DNA of 64,000 nt from Acidimicrobiales bacterium (GCA_033344915.1 JAWPML010000001.1:3241736-3305735), one strand, 5' to 3'. Positions 1 to 8,679 are shown, numbered from the stretch's first letter. Numbers and translations are program-made. The notes: generated by a model not told the origin, from the letters alone.

Positions 1-765
1 TCGACCGTGGTGCCGTGCAGCGTCATCGTCAGCCTCGTCGACGCGACGCTGACGCCGATCCCGGACACGCAGATCGCCATCTCGGTCTTCCCGCCCGAGC
101 CGGACACCGACGGTGACGGCGTGGGCGACGGGACGGACAACTGCGTCGACACGCCCAACGCCGACCAGGCCGACGGCAACAGCGACGGCGAAGGCGACGC
201 CTGTGAGGCGGATGCCGACGGTGACGGCGTGTACGACGACATCGACAACTGCGTCAACACACCCAACGCCGACCAGGCGGACGTGGACAGCAACGGCACG
301 GGCGATGCCTGCGAAGGTGACAGCGACGGCGACGGCGAGGCCGACGACACCGACAACTGTGTCGACACGCCCAACGCCGATCAGACCGACACCGACACCG
401 ATGGTGCCGGCGACGCCTGCGACGAGGACGACGACGGCGACGGCGTGGACGACGGCGACGACAACTGTCCGCTGATCGCGAACGCCGACCAGGCCGATCT
501 CGACGGTGACGGCGCGGGCACGCCGTGCGATGAGGACGGCGATGTCGCGCCCACCACGACCATCGCGCCGACCTCGACCGTCGCGCCGACCACCACGATC
601 GAGCCGCCCGCCCAGGAGCAGCAGGACGACGACGACGAGCTGGCCTTCACCGGCCCGAACGACGGCCTGTGGATCCTCGCCCTCGCGCTCGTCGTGATCG
701 GTGGCGGCTTCCTGTTGCTCGGCCACTCGGTGCCCCGCCCGGCACGGACCCGCAACGACAGCTGA
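1..765 (+). CDS. Cell-wall-anchored thrombospondin type-3 repeat protein (5' end outside window)
   Basis: Frame 1 is open from nt 1. It contains four tandem Ca-binding TSP3-like repeats (DxDxDGxGDxxDNC..PNADQxD) followed by a Pro/Thr linker. The C-terminus is LAFTG, a hydrophobic helix (LWILALALVVIGGGFLLLG) and a basic tail, which is an LAxTG sortase sorting signal. Confidence 0.8.
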   Translation, partial: STVVPCSVIVSLVDATLTPIPDTQIAISVFPPEPDTDGDGVGDGTDNCVDTPNADQADGNSDGEGDACEADADGDGVYDDIDNCVNTPNADQADVDSNGTGDACEGDSDGDGEADDTDNCVDTPNADQTDTDTDGAGDACDEDDDGDGVDDGDDNCPLIANADQADLDGDGAGTPCDEDGDVAPTTTIAPTSTVAPTTTIEPPAQEQQDDDDELAFTGPNDGLWILALALVVIGGGFLLLGHSVPRPARTRNDS

Positions 766-842
766 ACCGGTTCATCTGAGGGATCGGGCCGTCGGGGCAG
801 TGCCCCGGCGGCCCGTTTCGCGTGTGGAGTTCGACGCCTGCG

Positions 843-2318
843 TCAGCCCGCCGCGTCCCAGCTCCGGTCGGCGGCGGTGGCGGCCAGCGACGAGCGCAAC
901 GCCGCGGCGCGGTTCGCGGGCAGGTCGGGGACGCGCACGTGGTGCGCCGGCCCGATCCCCGCCGTGGTCACGACGAGATCGGCCACGCCCAGCCGCCGTT
1001 GAAAGAAGGACGCGATCGTCTCGACCGCCTGCACGTTTCCGACAGGCAGCTGGGTGAGGTGGTGCTGGAACACGCCGCGTCGCACGACGAGGCGCCGGTC
1101 GTCGAGGCTGAAGCCGAGGCGGGCGTGCCGGGCGCGCGCGAACCAGATCGCCACCGACCACCAGAGGGCGACGAGCGCAACGGATCCGACCGGATGCACG
1201 AAGCCGACGCCCACCGCCGCAGGGATGCCGACGAGAACGAACGCGACCGCGGTCCGCACGAGCATCCGTCGAACCGTGACCGGGCTCACCGGCTCGAGTT
1301 CGACACCGAAGGCCGGGTCGACGTCGACCGACCGATGCACGACGCGCGCCACCTCGTCGGTCGAGGCCACGGGGGCGAGGTGGACGACCGACTGCTGTTT
1401 CCCGACCGCCTTGCCGGTCGCGGCGGAGAACCTCACCTCGTGAAGGCCGAGCCGGCGAGCGACGAGCCCGGAGGTCACGGTGACCGTCTGGATGCGGGCG
1501 GGCTGCAACTCGACCTGTCGTTTCGACAGCAGGCCCATGTCGGCGGTGAGGACGTCGCCGCGCCGTTCGAGCGTGAACGTGCCGAACGTGAACACCGCGC
1601 CGACCGCACTGAGGGCGGCCATCGTGACCATGATGCCGAGCGCGATGAGCGCGACGACTGCGGCCGGGGCCGGCCCCTCCCGCACGGCGACCGCGAGGGC
1701 GATGGCGAACCCGATCGCGGCCACGACAGCCAGGGCCGGCGCCGACGAGGCGAGGTGATAGCGGACGAGCGCCCCGACCGGGGCCACATGCAACTGGACG
1801 GCAGGTGGCGGTGGCGGAGGCGGCAGACGCGACACCGCGTTCCCGTCCGCGTCGGCGAGCGGCGCGTCGTCCGCCGGCGCGGCAGCCCGGCTCCGGGAGC
1901 GGAGGTCGGCGGTGAGGGTGTCGGCATCGGCGGACTGGAGGTAGCGGATCTCGATGTTGCCGTCGGCCGACGCCTCGGCGACCTGCACGACGGCGAGGCC
2001 CACCACACGAGCGAGGAACGGCCGGGCCACGGACACCTGCTGGATTCGACCGAGCGGCAGGGACTGAGCCTTGCGATCGAGAATGCCGCGGCGATGCTCG
2101 ATCGTCTCCTCGGTCACGGCGTAGCCCGTCATCCACCACGAGAGGACGCCGTACCCGACCGTCACCGTGCCGGCCAGCACGGCGATCGTGTCGAACCCGA
2201 GGGCGCCGCCGCCGAAACCGATCGCGAGGAGAAGTGGCCAGCCGCTCTGGGCCAGAAACATCGCGATCTGCACGAGAACGGTCAGCGGATGGGGCCGCCG
2301 CCAGTCGGGTTCGGTCAC
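843..2318 (-). CDS. YdbT-like membrane protein with three bacterial PH (bPH_2) domains
   Basis: The track ORF 843..2714 is trimmed to the GTG at 2318, giving a GTGA overlap with the upstream stop at 2315-2317. There are three repeats of the pattern lP..riQ.V.v...f..R.lGLa.v.v.tAg, each preceded by a TM hairpin. The N-terminus reads DWRRPHPLTVLV. Confidence 0.75.
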   Translation of the reverse strand: MTEPDWRRPHPLTVLVQIAMFLAQSGWPLLLAIGFGGGALGFDTIAVLAGTVTVGYGVLSWWMTGYAVTEETIEHRRGILDRKAQSLPLGRIQQVSVARPFLARVVGLAVVQVAEASADGNIEIRYLQSADADTLTADLRSRSRAAAPADDAPLADADGNAVSRLPPPPPPPAVQLHVAPVGALVRYHLASSAPALAVVAAIGFAIALAVAVREGPAPAAVVALIALGIMVTMAALSAVGAVFTFGTFTLERRGDVLTADMGLLSKRQVELQPARIQTVTVTSGLVARRLGLHEVRFSAATGKAVGKQQSVVHLAPVASTDEVARVVHRSVDVDPAFGVELEPVSPVTVRRMLVRTAVAFVLVGIPAAVGVGFVHPVGSVALVALWWSVAIWFARARHARLGFSLDDRRLVVRRGVFQHHLTQLPVGNVQAVETIASFFQRRLGVADLVVTTAGIGPAHHVRVPDLPANRAAALRSSLAATAADRSWDAAG

Positions 2319-2758
2319 CCGCCGAGCTCCGTGCGGAGCCGGTCGGCCGTCGTGCCGTCGAGATGGGGAATGGTGAGGTTGGGGGCGTGGGTCCCGGCGG
2401 TGTGGACCACGATCGAGCTCAAGCCGAGCCACCGATCGATCGGCCCGGTTCTCGTCGTCAACGTCTGAATACGGCTTCGGGGCACGACCTGCACGCGGCG
2501 AACGATCACGCCGCTTCGTTGCTCGACCCAACGCTCGTCCACGCCCCAGCGCCAGTTCGCGTACTGCCGATCGATCACCCACCAGCGCAGGGCGAACAGG
2601 AGGACGGCGCCGCTCGCGCCCCCGATCGTCAGCATCGGCAGGTCGGTCACCAGCCCGCCGACGACGGCACCGACCGCGACGACACCGAAGAACGCGGCGG
2701 CACCGATGCGCCACACGGTCCGGATGGTGGGCGGGAGTGGCTCCGTCGCGATCGTCAC
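2315..2758 (-). CDS. YdbS-like single bPH-domain membrane protein
   Basis: 147 aa with two N-terminal TM helices followed by VVPRSRIQTLTTRTGPIDRWLGLSSIVVHTAG. It is translationally coupled to the YdbT-like gene. Confidence 0.75.
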   Translation of the reverse strand: MTIATEPLPPTIRTVWRIGAAAFFGVVAVGAVVGGLVTDLPMLTIGGASGAVLLFALRWWVIDRQYANWRWGVDERWVEQRSGVIVRRVQVVPRSRIQTLTTRTGPIDRWLGLSSIVVHTAGTHAPNLTIPHLDGTTADRLRTELGG

Positions 2759-2794
2759 CGGTCCAGTATCGCCGAGGGCCGCGTCGCCTCGGCG

Positions 2795-3628
2795 TCAGCC
2801 GATCGGGTACCAGAAGCCGCCGGCGGTGCCCGGACCGGTGTGCGCCGCGATCGACGGGCCGACGTCGTAGTGGACGACGTCGACGGCGACCGCGCTGTCA
2901 CGCAGCCGTGCCTCGATGCCTTCGGTGAACACCAGCGTGGAGGGGTCGGCGAGCGAGACGCCGGCCCGGATCGGCGCGCCGTCTCGAAGCATCGGCTCGA
3001 CCATCGCGTCGCAGAGCTCGTCGACCGTCGTGCCCGTGCCGAGCACGTCCACCACTCCCCCGACGCCACCGAGCACCGTCACGCCGTCGTGGTCGTGGGG
3101 CAGGTGCGGCTCCAGACGCCCGCCCCGGCGGGCGAAGTCGAGGGCTTGGATGATGAAGGTCGTGCCGACCTCGGCGGCGACCTCCTTCGCCCGGGTCGCC
3201 GCGTCGCCCGCGGACCCGCCGTCCGCGAGAACGGTGGCCGCCTCCCATACGCAGCAGCTGACCCCGAACGAGGCCGTGCCCGAGTCGACGAGGTGCACGG
3301 GCGCGGCGACGAGGTCCGCCGCGAGTCGGGCCGCGTTGACCGTGCCGGAGTGTTCGGCGCCGATGTGGACCGACACGATCTCCGTCGCACCGGCGTCGAT
3401 CAGTCGCCGGTAGGCGTCGGCGAGTTCGCCGGGACTCGGCGGCGATGTCGTGACCTCGGGGACGGCCCCGTCGTCGAACCGGGCCCAGAACGCCGCGGGC
3501 GCGAGGTCGACGCCTTCCCGGAAGCACTCGCCGTCCACCGTGACGAGCACGGGGACCACCTCGACGCCGAGGCGTTCCGCCAACGCCGGTGGCATCTGCG
3601 ATGCCGAGTCGGTCACGAGCCCGATCAC
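2795..3628 (-). CDS. DegV family fatty-acid-binding protein (FakB-like)
   Basis: The track ORF 2795..4315 is trimmed to the GTG at 3628. The N-terminus is VIGLVTDSASQMP..VVPVLVTVDG..F.EGVDL and a SGT motif is present. The start overlaps the plsY stop in a GTGA. Confidence 0.85.
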   Translation of the reverse strand: MIGLVTDSASQMPPALAERLGVEVVPVLVTVDGECFREGVDLAPAAFWARFDDGAVPEVTTSPPSPGELADAYRRLIDAGATEIVSVHIGAEHSGTVNAARLAADLVAAPVHLVDSGTASFGVSCCVWEAATVLADGGSAGDAATRAKEVAAEVGTTFIIQALDFARRGGRLEPHLPHDHDGVTVLGGVGGVVDVLGTGTTVDELCDAMVEPMLRDGAPIRAGVSLADPSTLVFTEGIEARLRDSAVAVDVVHYDVGPSIAAHTGPGTAGGFWYPIG

Positions 3629-4266
3629 GCCGCGTCCTCCTCGCCGACGAGCGTGAGGTTGTAGGCCTCGACCTTCTCGGCTTCGGCTGCGAACCGGGCC
3701 GCGATCACGACGGTGCTGGCCAGGGCCCCGAGCGGTAGCGCGACCGACGCGGGCGAGCCGCCGGGTCCGCGCCATCCACGGCGCCAGGCCACGGTGGCCG
3801 CACCGATCCACATCGCGCTCGCGACGGAGGTCGCGGCGCGGGTGCGGTGCCGGCCGACGGGGAGCTTCGTGGTGAGGTAGCCGACGGTGACATCGACCGG
3901 CAGGTACGCGGGGAACGTGCCGAGAACCTGGCCGATCGAGGTGGCCACGCCCTTGCCTCCGGTCCGCCCCGGCGGGAAGCAATGGCCGGCGACGGCGGCC
4001 GACGCGGCCGCATTGGCGCCGGCGGATCCCGCGAGCGCGGCGCCGACACGGGCGGCGGCGACGCCCTTCCCCCCGTCGCCGACCGTGACGGCCACGCCCC
4101 ACGACGTGCCGAGTACATGGCTCGCGTTCATCGCGCCGGGGTTGCCCGTGCCCTCGGCCCGGAGGTCGACGCCGTTGAGCCGCGCCGCGATGTCGGCCGA
4201 CGGCAGCGTGCCGAGGGCGTAGCCGGCCAATCCGGCGAGCGCGACACGAACGGGGAACATGACCAT
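3625..4266 (-). CDS. plsY: Glycerol-3-phosphate acyltransferase PlsY (acyl-phosphate dependent)
   Basis: 213-aa polytopic membrane protein carrying the GTGNPGAMN and HCFPPGRTGGKGVATSIG signature motifs. Confidence 0.85.
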   Translation of the reverse strand: MVMFPVRVALAGLAGYALGTLPSADIAARLNGVDLRAEGTGNPGAMNASHVLGTSWGVAVTVGDGGKGVAAARVGAALAGSAGANAAASAAVAGHCFPPGRTGGKGVATSIGQVLGTFPAYLPVDVTVGYLTTKLPVGRHRTRAATSVASAMWIGAATVAWRRGWRGPGGSPASVALPLGALASTVVIAARFAAEAEKVEAYNLTLVGEEDAA

Positions 4267-4356
4267 GCGGGAACCAGAGCCGACGGATTGCTATTCCCGT
4301 GCCGAGTCTCGGCATCGATCCCCTATCCTGATGGCTCGGTCGGTTCGCCGGCCGGG

Positions 4357-4432
4357 GCCCCGTTCGTCCAGTGGCCTAGGACGCTGGCCTTTCACGCCGG
4401 TAACACGGGTTCGAATCCCGTACGGGGTACCA
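4357..4432 (+). tRNA. tRNA-Glu (anticodon UUC)
   Basis: Manual cloverleaf: GCCCCGT/ACGGGGT acceptor, CTGGC-CTTTCAC-GCCGG anticodon arm, ACGGG-TTCGAAT-CCCGT T arm, and an encoded CCA. Confidence 0.9.
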
Positions 4433-4462
4433 GCGCGACGCTTCGGCGCGGGCATCGGGCGG

Positions 4463-4491
4463 TTGACAATCGCAGGTCCCGTCCCTACTGT
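4463..4491 (+). promoter_or_regulatory. Candidate sigma-70-type promoter of the arsR-SRPBCC operon
   Basis: TTGACA (4463-4468), a 17-nt spacer, then TACTGT (4486-4491, fits TAnnnT). It lies 44 nt upstream of the ATG at 4535. Confidence 0.45.
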
Positions 4492-4493
4492 CG

Positions 4494-4515
4494 TTATTGG
4501 TTAATTAACCGATAA
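4494..4515. promoter_or_regulatory. AT-rich 22-bp palindrome, candidate ArsR-family operator
   Basis: TTATTGGTTAA|TTAACCGATAA, with 10 of 11 positions symmetric. It starts 3 nt after the putative -10 element and is strikingly AT-rich against the GC-rich background. Confidence 0.5.
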
Positions 4516-4534
4516 TGACACAAAGGGGACCCTG

Positions 4535-4915
4535 ATGCCGGCACCAAGCGCGACGCTCGACGACGAACGGCTCGACGAGACGTTCGCGGCGCTGGCCAAC
4601 CCGACGCGGCGGGCGATGCTGGCCCGCTTGGCGGAGGGCGAGGCGAGCGTCAACGAACTGGCGAAACCGTTCGATCTGACGCTTCCGGCGATCTCCAAGC
4701 ACATCAAGGTGCTCGAACGCGCCGGCCTGATCACCCGCGGCCGTCGTGCCCAATCCCGTCCGTGCACCATCGCGGCCGCGCCGCTCGCCGAGATCGCCAG
4801 TTGGACCGAACAGTACCGCCACATCTGGGACGACCGCTTCGACCGCATGGACGACTACGTCCGACAGCTCCAACACGGCACCCGAACACCAGACCAGAAA
4901 GCAGACCCGCAATGA
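4535..4915 (+). CDS. ArsR/SmtB family transcriptional regulator
   Basis: Winged-HTH signature LANPTRRAMLARLAEGEASVNELAKPFDLTLPAISKHIKVLERAGLI. An AGGGGA RBS sits 5 nt upstream. Confidence 0.85.
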   Translation: MPAPSATLDDERLDETFAALANPTRRAMLARLAEGEASVNELAKPFDLTLPAISKHIKVLERAGLITRGRRAQSRPCTIAAAPLAEIASWTEQYRHIWDDRFDRMDDYVRQLQHGTRTPDQKADPQ

Positions 4916-5391
4916 TGGACACCAAAGACGTTCGCATCGACCGCACGTTCGACGCACCGATCGAAGTCATCTGGTCGATGTGGACCGAGCCCGAGCACTT
5001 CGCCCAGTGGTACGGCCCGATGGGCGCCAGGATCCCGAACGCCGAGATGGACGTTCAGGTCGGGGGCCGCCGCCACATCGCCATGGAGGTGGACACCCCG
5101 AACGGGGCGATGGTGATGTACTTCGTCGGGGAATACCGCGAGGTCGACCCCATGACCCGCCTCGTGTACACCGAGAGCGTGGCCGACGCCGACGGGAACG
5201 CGCTGACCGCAGAACAGATGGGCATGCCCGCAGGAAAGCCGATGGAGACCTCGATCGTGGTCGAGCTCGAAGATCTCGGCGACCGCACGAGGATGACCAT
5301 GACCCACATCGGTGTCCCGGCCGACTCTCCCGGTGGCCAGGGTTGGGCGATGGCGATCGACAAGCTCGAAGCACGGGTGGCCGAAGGCTGA
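4912..5391 (+). CDS. SRPBCC / AHSA1 (Aha1-like) domain protein
   Basis: ATG at 4912 overlaps the arsR stop in an ATGA. The sequence IDRTFDAPIEVIWSMWTEPEHFAQWYGP is typical of the AHSA1/SRPBCC proteins that commonly pair with ArsR regulators. Confidence 0.8.
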   Translation: MMDTKDVRIDRTFDAPIEVIWSMWTEPEHFAQWYGPMGARIPNAEMDVQVGGRRHIAMEVDTPNGAMVMYFVGEYREVDPMTRLVYTESVADADGNALTAEQMGMPAGKPMETSIVVELEDLGDRTRMTMTHIGVPADSPGGQGWAMAIDKLEARVAEG

Positions 5392-5394
5392 TCC

Positions 5395-6110
5395 TCAGCG
5401 AGCGAGCTTCACGAGCGCCTCGTGTTCGATGGCGGCCACCGGTCGACCATCGACGCTGATGCGCACGTCGACCACCGCTCGTTCACCACTACGGCTCTCG
5501 AACCGATCGACCTCGAACGCCTCCGCGAGCACCGCGTCGCCCGGCCGGGCCAGGCCGAGATGACGGATCTCACTGCGGGTGTGCACCCACGCACCGTCGA
5601 CCAGCTGGGAGGCGAAGATCCGGTTGGCGAGGCTGGGCCACACGACCGGGTGCACGATCGATTCGGTGCGGTAGAGCTGGAGGTCCTCACCGGCCCGGGC
5701 GGCGTAGCCCACCCAACGGTCGTCCAGTTCGAGGGCGAGTGGGTCGAGGCGGATCCCGACGGGTTCGCCCGGCGGCTCGTGACCGGGAGCGACGGCGCAG
5801 GTCGCCGCGACGGTCTCCCCGAGCCGCGCCTCGACCATCACGCCGTCGTCACCGGAGACCGGTACGAGGTCGACGTGCTCGTCCGCGAGAACGGGGCCAC
5901 GGAACCGCACGGACGCGCTCCCCGACGCGACCCACGCCTCGCCCACGCCGCCGCGGCCGGGCGGGTGAGATACGCGTAGATCGTCGTGCCGGCCACGACG
6001 GCACCGTCGTAACCCGCGGCTCGACCGCCGGCCTCGGTGTGCACCGGATTGTCGGCGTGCTCCGCCAGGTTCACGGCGGCGATGGACCAGGGCTCCAGGG
6101 GGGCGGCCAT
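5395..6110 (-). pseudogene. MaoC-like (R)-hydratase, double hotdog fold, with an apparent frameshift near 5942-5946
   Basis: The N-terminal 56 aa (MAAPLEPW..NPVHTEAGGRAAGYDGAVVAGTTIYAYLTRPAAAAW, from ATG 6110) read in one frame. The rest of the same hotdog domain (GEAWVASGSASVRFRGPVLADEHVDL..) reads in the 5395..5946 frame. The junction is at a short G-run. Confidence 0.55.
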
Positions 6111-6239
6111 GGGCGCCGACGCTAGACGCAACGGGCGGTTACCGGGTTGTGATCGCGACCGTTGGGGCGTACGTTTTGACTCTCCATGAGGCGATCTCAC
6201 GTCGCCGAGTGGAATCTTCGTCCGGTTCGCCGGGCGGGG

Positions 6240-6317
6240 GGTCCTGTAGATCAGTTTGGAGTGATCGCCACCCTGTCAAGGTGGAGGCCGCGGGTTCAAA
6301 TCCCGTCAGGACCGCCA
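6240..6317 (+). tRNA. tRNA-Asp (anticodon GUC)
   Basis: GGTCCTG/CAGGACC acceptor, CCACC-CTGTCAA-GGTGG anticodon arm, TTCAAAT T-loop, and an encoded CCA. Confidence 0.9.
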
Positions 6318-6349
6318 CACGGCCACCCGATTCGGGTGGCCGTTCGTGG

Positions 6350-6425
6350 GGTCGGGTAGCTCAGTTGGCAGAGCGACCGCCTGAAAAGCGGTAGGTCACC
6401 GGATCGACGCCGGTCCCGACCACCA
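6350..6425 (+). tRNA. tRNA-Phe (anticodon GAA) with an atypical T-loop
   Basis: GGTCGGG/CCCGACC acceptor, GCTC-AGTTGGCA-GAGC D arm, ACCGC-CTGAAAA-GCGGT anticodon arm, and an encoded CCA. The T arm is ACCGG-ATCGACG-CCGGT, so position 54 reads A instead of T. Confidence 0.85.
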
Positions 6426-6431
6426 CACCGG

Positions 6432-6465
6432 CGGCCCGGCCCGAGCGCCGGGCCGTCACCGTTTT
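6432..6465 (+). terminator. Candidate intrinsic terminator after the tRNA-Asp/tRNA-Phe pair
   Basis: 9-bp GC stem CGGCCCGGC/GCCGGGCCG (6432-6440 / 6447-6455), followed by TCACCGTTTT. Confidence 0.45.
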
Positions 6466-6478
6466 GACGCCGATCGGT

Positions 6479-8638
6479 TCAGCCGAGGGCGTGGCCGGCG
6501 TGGAAACCGTCGGTCATGGCCCCCTCGAGATAGCCGACCCCGGTGCAGTCACCGATGACGACGGGCTCGATTCCCGCGGCGCGGAACCGGTTGGCGACCG
6601 TCTCGTCGCCCACGAGGCCCGTGGCGATGACCACGGAGTCGACGTCCACGGACGACGCCGCACCGTCCTCGTCGTCACCGATCATGTAGTGCACGACACC
6701 GTCGCCGATCCCGGTGACGGTTGCCTCCCCGATCAGCTCGGCCCCGTGGTCGCGCAGGTCGGTGAGCACCCGCCACCTCCGGGGATGCGCCATCTCGGTC
6801 GCCAGCACCGACTCCTCCTCGAGCACCGTGACCGTGCGACCCCGGTCGACGAGGAACTCGGCCAGCTCGATGCCCACCAGCCCGCCACCGATGACCGCGA
6901 CGCGCGTGCCGATCGGCATGTAGTGCTCGGTCAGCTTCGCGAGACGCTCGGGGTCGTTCAGCAGGCCGAGGCGACGCCCGACCGTCGCCGCGAGGCGGCC
7001 CATCCGGGGCAGCTTCTTCATGGCCGCCGCGACATCGCCGCTGCCGGTGAGCATGGCCCGCAGATCATCACCGTCGACGACGAAGTCCTGCGTCGCACCG
7101 GGGACCGACGACCGCAGCCGCGCCGCGCCGGTGGCCACGATCACGGCGTCGGGTGACAGGGCGGCGACCATGTCCGGCGTGGCCTCGGTGTCGACCCGGA
7201 CATCGATCGGCAGCGTCTCCATCTGCCGGGTGAGCCAGCGCAGGAGTCGCAGGTTCGGCTCATAGACGAGCGCCGCGAACCGCAACGCGCCGCCGAGCTG
7301 CGACGACGCCTCGAACAGCGTGACGTGGTGACCCCGCAGGGCCGCAACCCGCGCCGCTTCCATGCCCGCCGGCCCACCGCCGACGATCACGACCCGCTTG
7401 GCGACGGCCGCCGTCGACCGTTCGACGTCAGCGAGCTCGACCTCGTTCGCCAGCACGGGATTGACCGCGCAGCGCACCCGTTCGTCGAAGAAGGGACGAG
7501 CGACGCAGGTGTAGCAGTTGATGCAGGGCCGGATGTCCGCCTCCCGACCCTCGACGAGCTTCTTCGCCGTCTCCGGATCGGCGAGCATCTGGCGTCCCAT
7601 CGCGATGAGGTCCGCCTTGCCGAAGGCGACCATGTCGTCGCCCACCTCCGGCCGGATCCGGCCGACGCCGATCACCGGCACGTCCACGGCCTTCTTCAGC
7701 CGGGCACTCAGCGCGGCGTGCTTCGCCTCGGTGTGGGGCAGCGTCCCCTCGGTGAACGCGGACCCGTCGGTCATGTCGCCGTAGGCACTCAGATGGATCG
7801 CATCCGCGCCCGCCTCCACCGCGAGCCGCGCGGTGACCATCGTGTCCTCGAACTCGATGCCGTCGGGGGTGCGGTACTCCCGTGCGTCGAGGCGGCACCA
7901 CACCGGGAAGTCGGCGCCGCAGCGCTGCTTGGTCTCGGCGATGACCTCGCAGAGGAAGCGGGAGCGGTTCTCGACCGAGCCGCCGTACGCATCGTCGCGA
8001 TGGTTGAACGCCCGCGACAGGAAGCTCGACAGCAGGTAGCCGTGCGCCCCGTGGATCTCCACGCCGTCGAACCCGGCGGCCTGCGCCCGCACCGCCGCAC
8101 TCGCGAAATCGTCGGTGGTCCGCGCGATGTCGTCCGCGTCCATCTCCTTGTAGTCGGGTGCCTTCCCGCCGCTCGCCTTGGCCATCTTCATCATCTCGTC
8201 GAGCGTGAGGTCGTTGGCCATGGACATCGAGCCCTTGTACTGCTCGAGCGACGGCACGGGCACCGGCCGTCCCTCCATGGTGTCGACCCGCGAGATCTTC
8301 CCGTGGTGGACGAGCTGCAGGGCGATCTTCGCACCGTGCGCGTGCACCCGATCCGTGAGCCGGCGCAGGGCGGGGACGAACGCGTCGTCGGAGGCCCCGA
8401 GCTGGTGGATCGAGTTGGCGCCGCGGGGATACGCGATGGCCGTCACCTCGGTGATGATGAGACCGACGCCACCGCGGGCGCGCTCCTCGTAGTAGGCCGC
8501 GATCGCGTCGTTCGCCATGCCGTCGCTGTCGACGATCTCCACGCCCATCGGCGCCATCACGATGCGGTTGCGCAACTCCATGGTCCCGATCGCGATCGGT
8601 GACAGGAGATGGCGATAGACGGGCGCCGGCGCGTTCAT
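6479..8638 (-). CDS. 2,4-dienoyl-CoA reductase-like NADH:flavin oxidoreductase (OYE domain, Fe-S motif and FAD/NAD(P) domain)
   Basis: The track ORF 6479..10090 is trimmed to the ATG at 8638 (MNAPAPVYRHLLSPIAIG). It has an OYE-like TIM-barrel N-terminus (IVMAPMG, HGAHGYLL), the Cys motif CINCYTCV..VRCAVNP, then VVIVGGGPAGMEAA and VAVIGGGLVGIELAE dinucleotide folds. Confidence 0.85.
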   Translation of the reverse strand: MNAPAPVYRHLLSPIAIGTMELRNRIVMAPMGVEIVDSDGMANDAIAAYYEERARGGVGLIITEVTAIAYPRGANSIHQLGASDDAFVPALRRLTDRVHAHGAKIALQLVHHGKISRVDTMEGRPVPVPSLEQYKGSMSMANDLTLDEMMKMAKASGGKAPDYKEMDADDIARTTDDFASAAVRAQAAGFDGVEIHGAHGYLLSSFLSRAFNHRDDAYGGSVENRSRFLCEVIAETKQRCGADFPVWCRLDAREYRTPDGIEFEDTMVTARLAVEAGADAIHLSAYGDMTDGSAFTEGTLPHTEAKHAALSARLKKAVDVPVIGVGRIRPEVGDDMVAFGKADLIAMGRQMLADPETAKKLVEGREADIRPCINCYTCVARPFFDERVRCAVNPVLANEVELADVERSTAAVAKRVVIVGGGPAGMEAARVAALRGHHVTLFEASSQLGGALRFAALVYEPNLRLLRWLTRQMETLPIDVRVDTEATPDMVAALSPDAVIVATGAARLRSSVPGATQDFVVDGDDLRAMLTGSGDVAAAMKKLPRMGRLAATVGRRLGLLNDPERLAKLTEHYMPIGTRVAVIGGGLVGIELAEFLVDRGRTVTVLEEESVLATEMAHPRRWRVLTDLRDHGAELIGEATVTGIGDGVVHYMIGDDEDGAASSVDVDSVVIATGLVGDETVANRFRAAGIEPVVIGDCTGVGYLEGAMTDGFHAGHALG

Positions 8639-8679
8639 CGCGCCGACCCTAGGACTCGCCGGTGGCCGGCGCCGAACCG

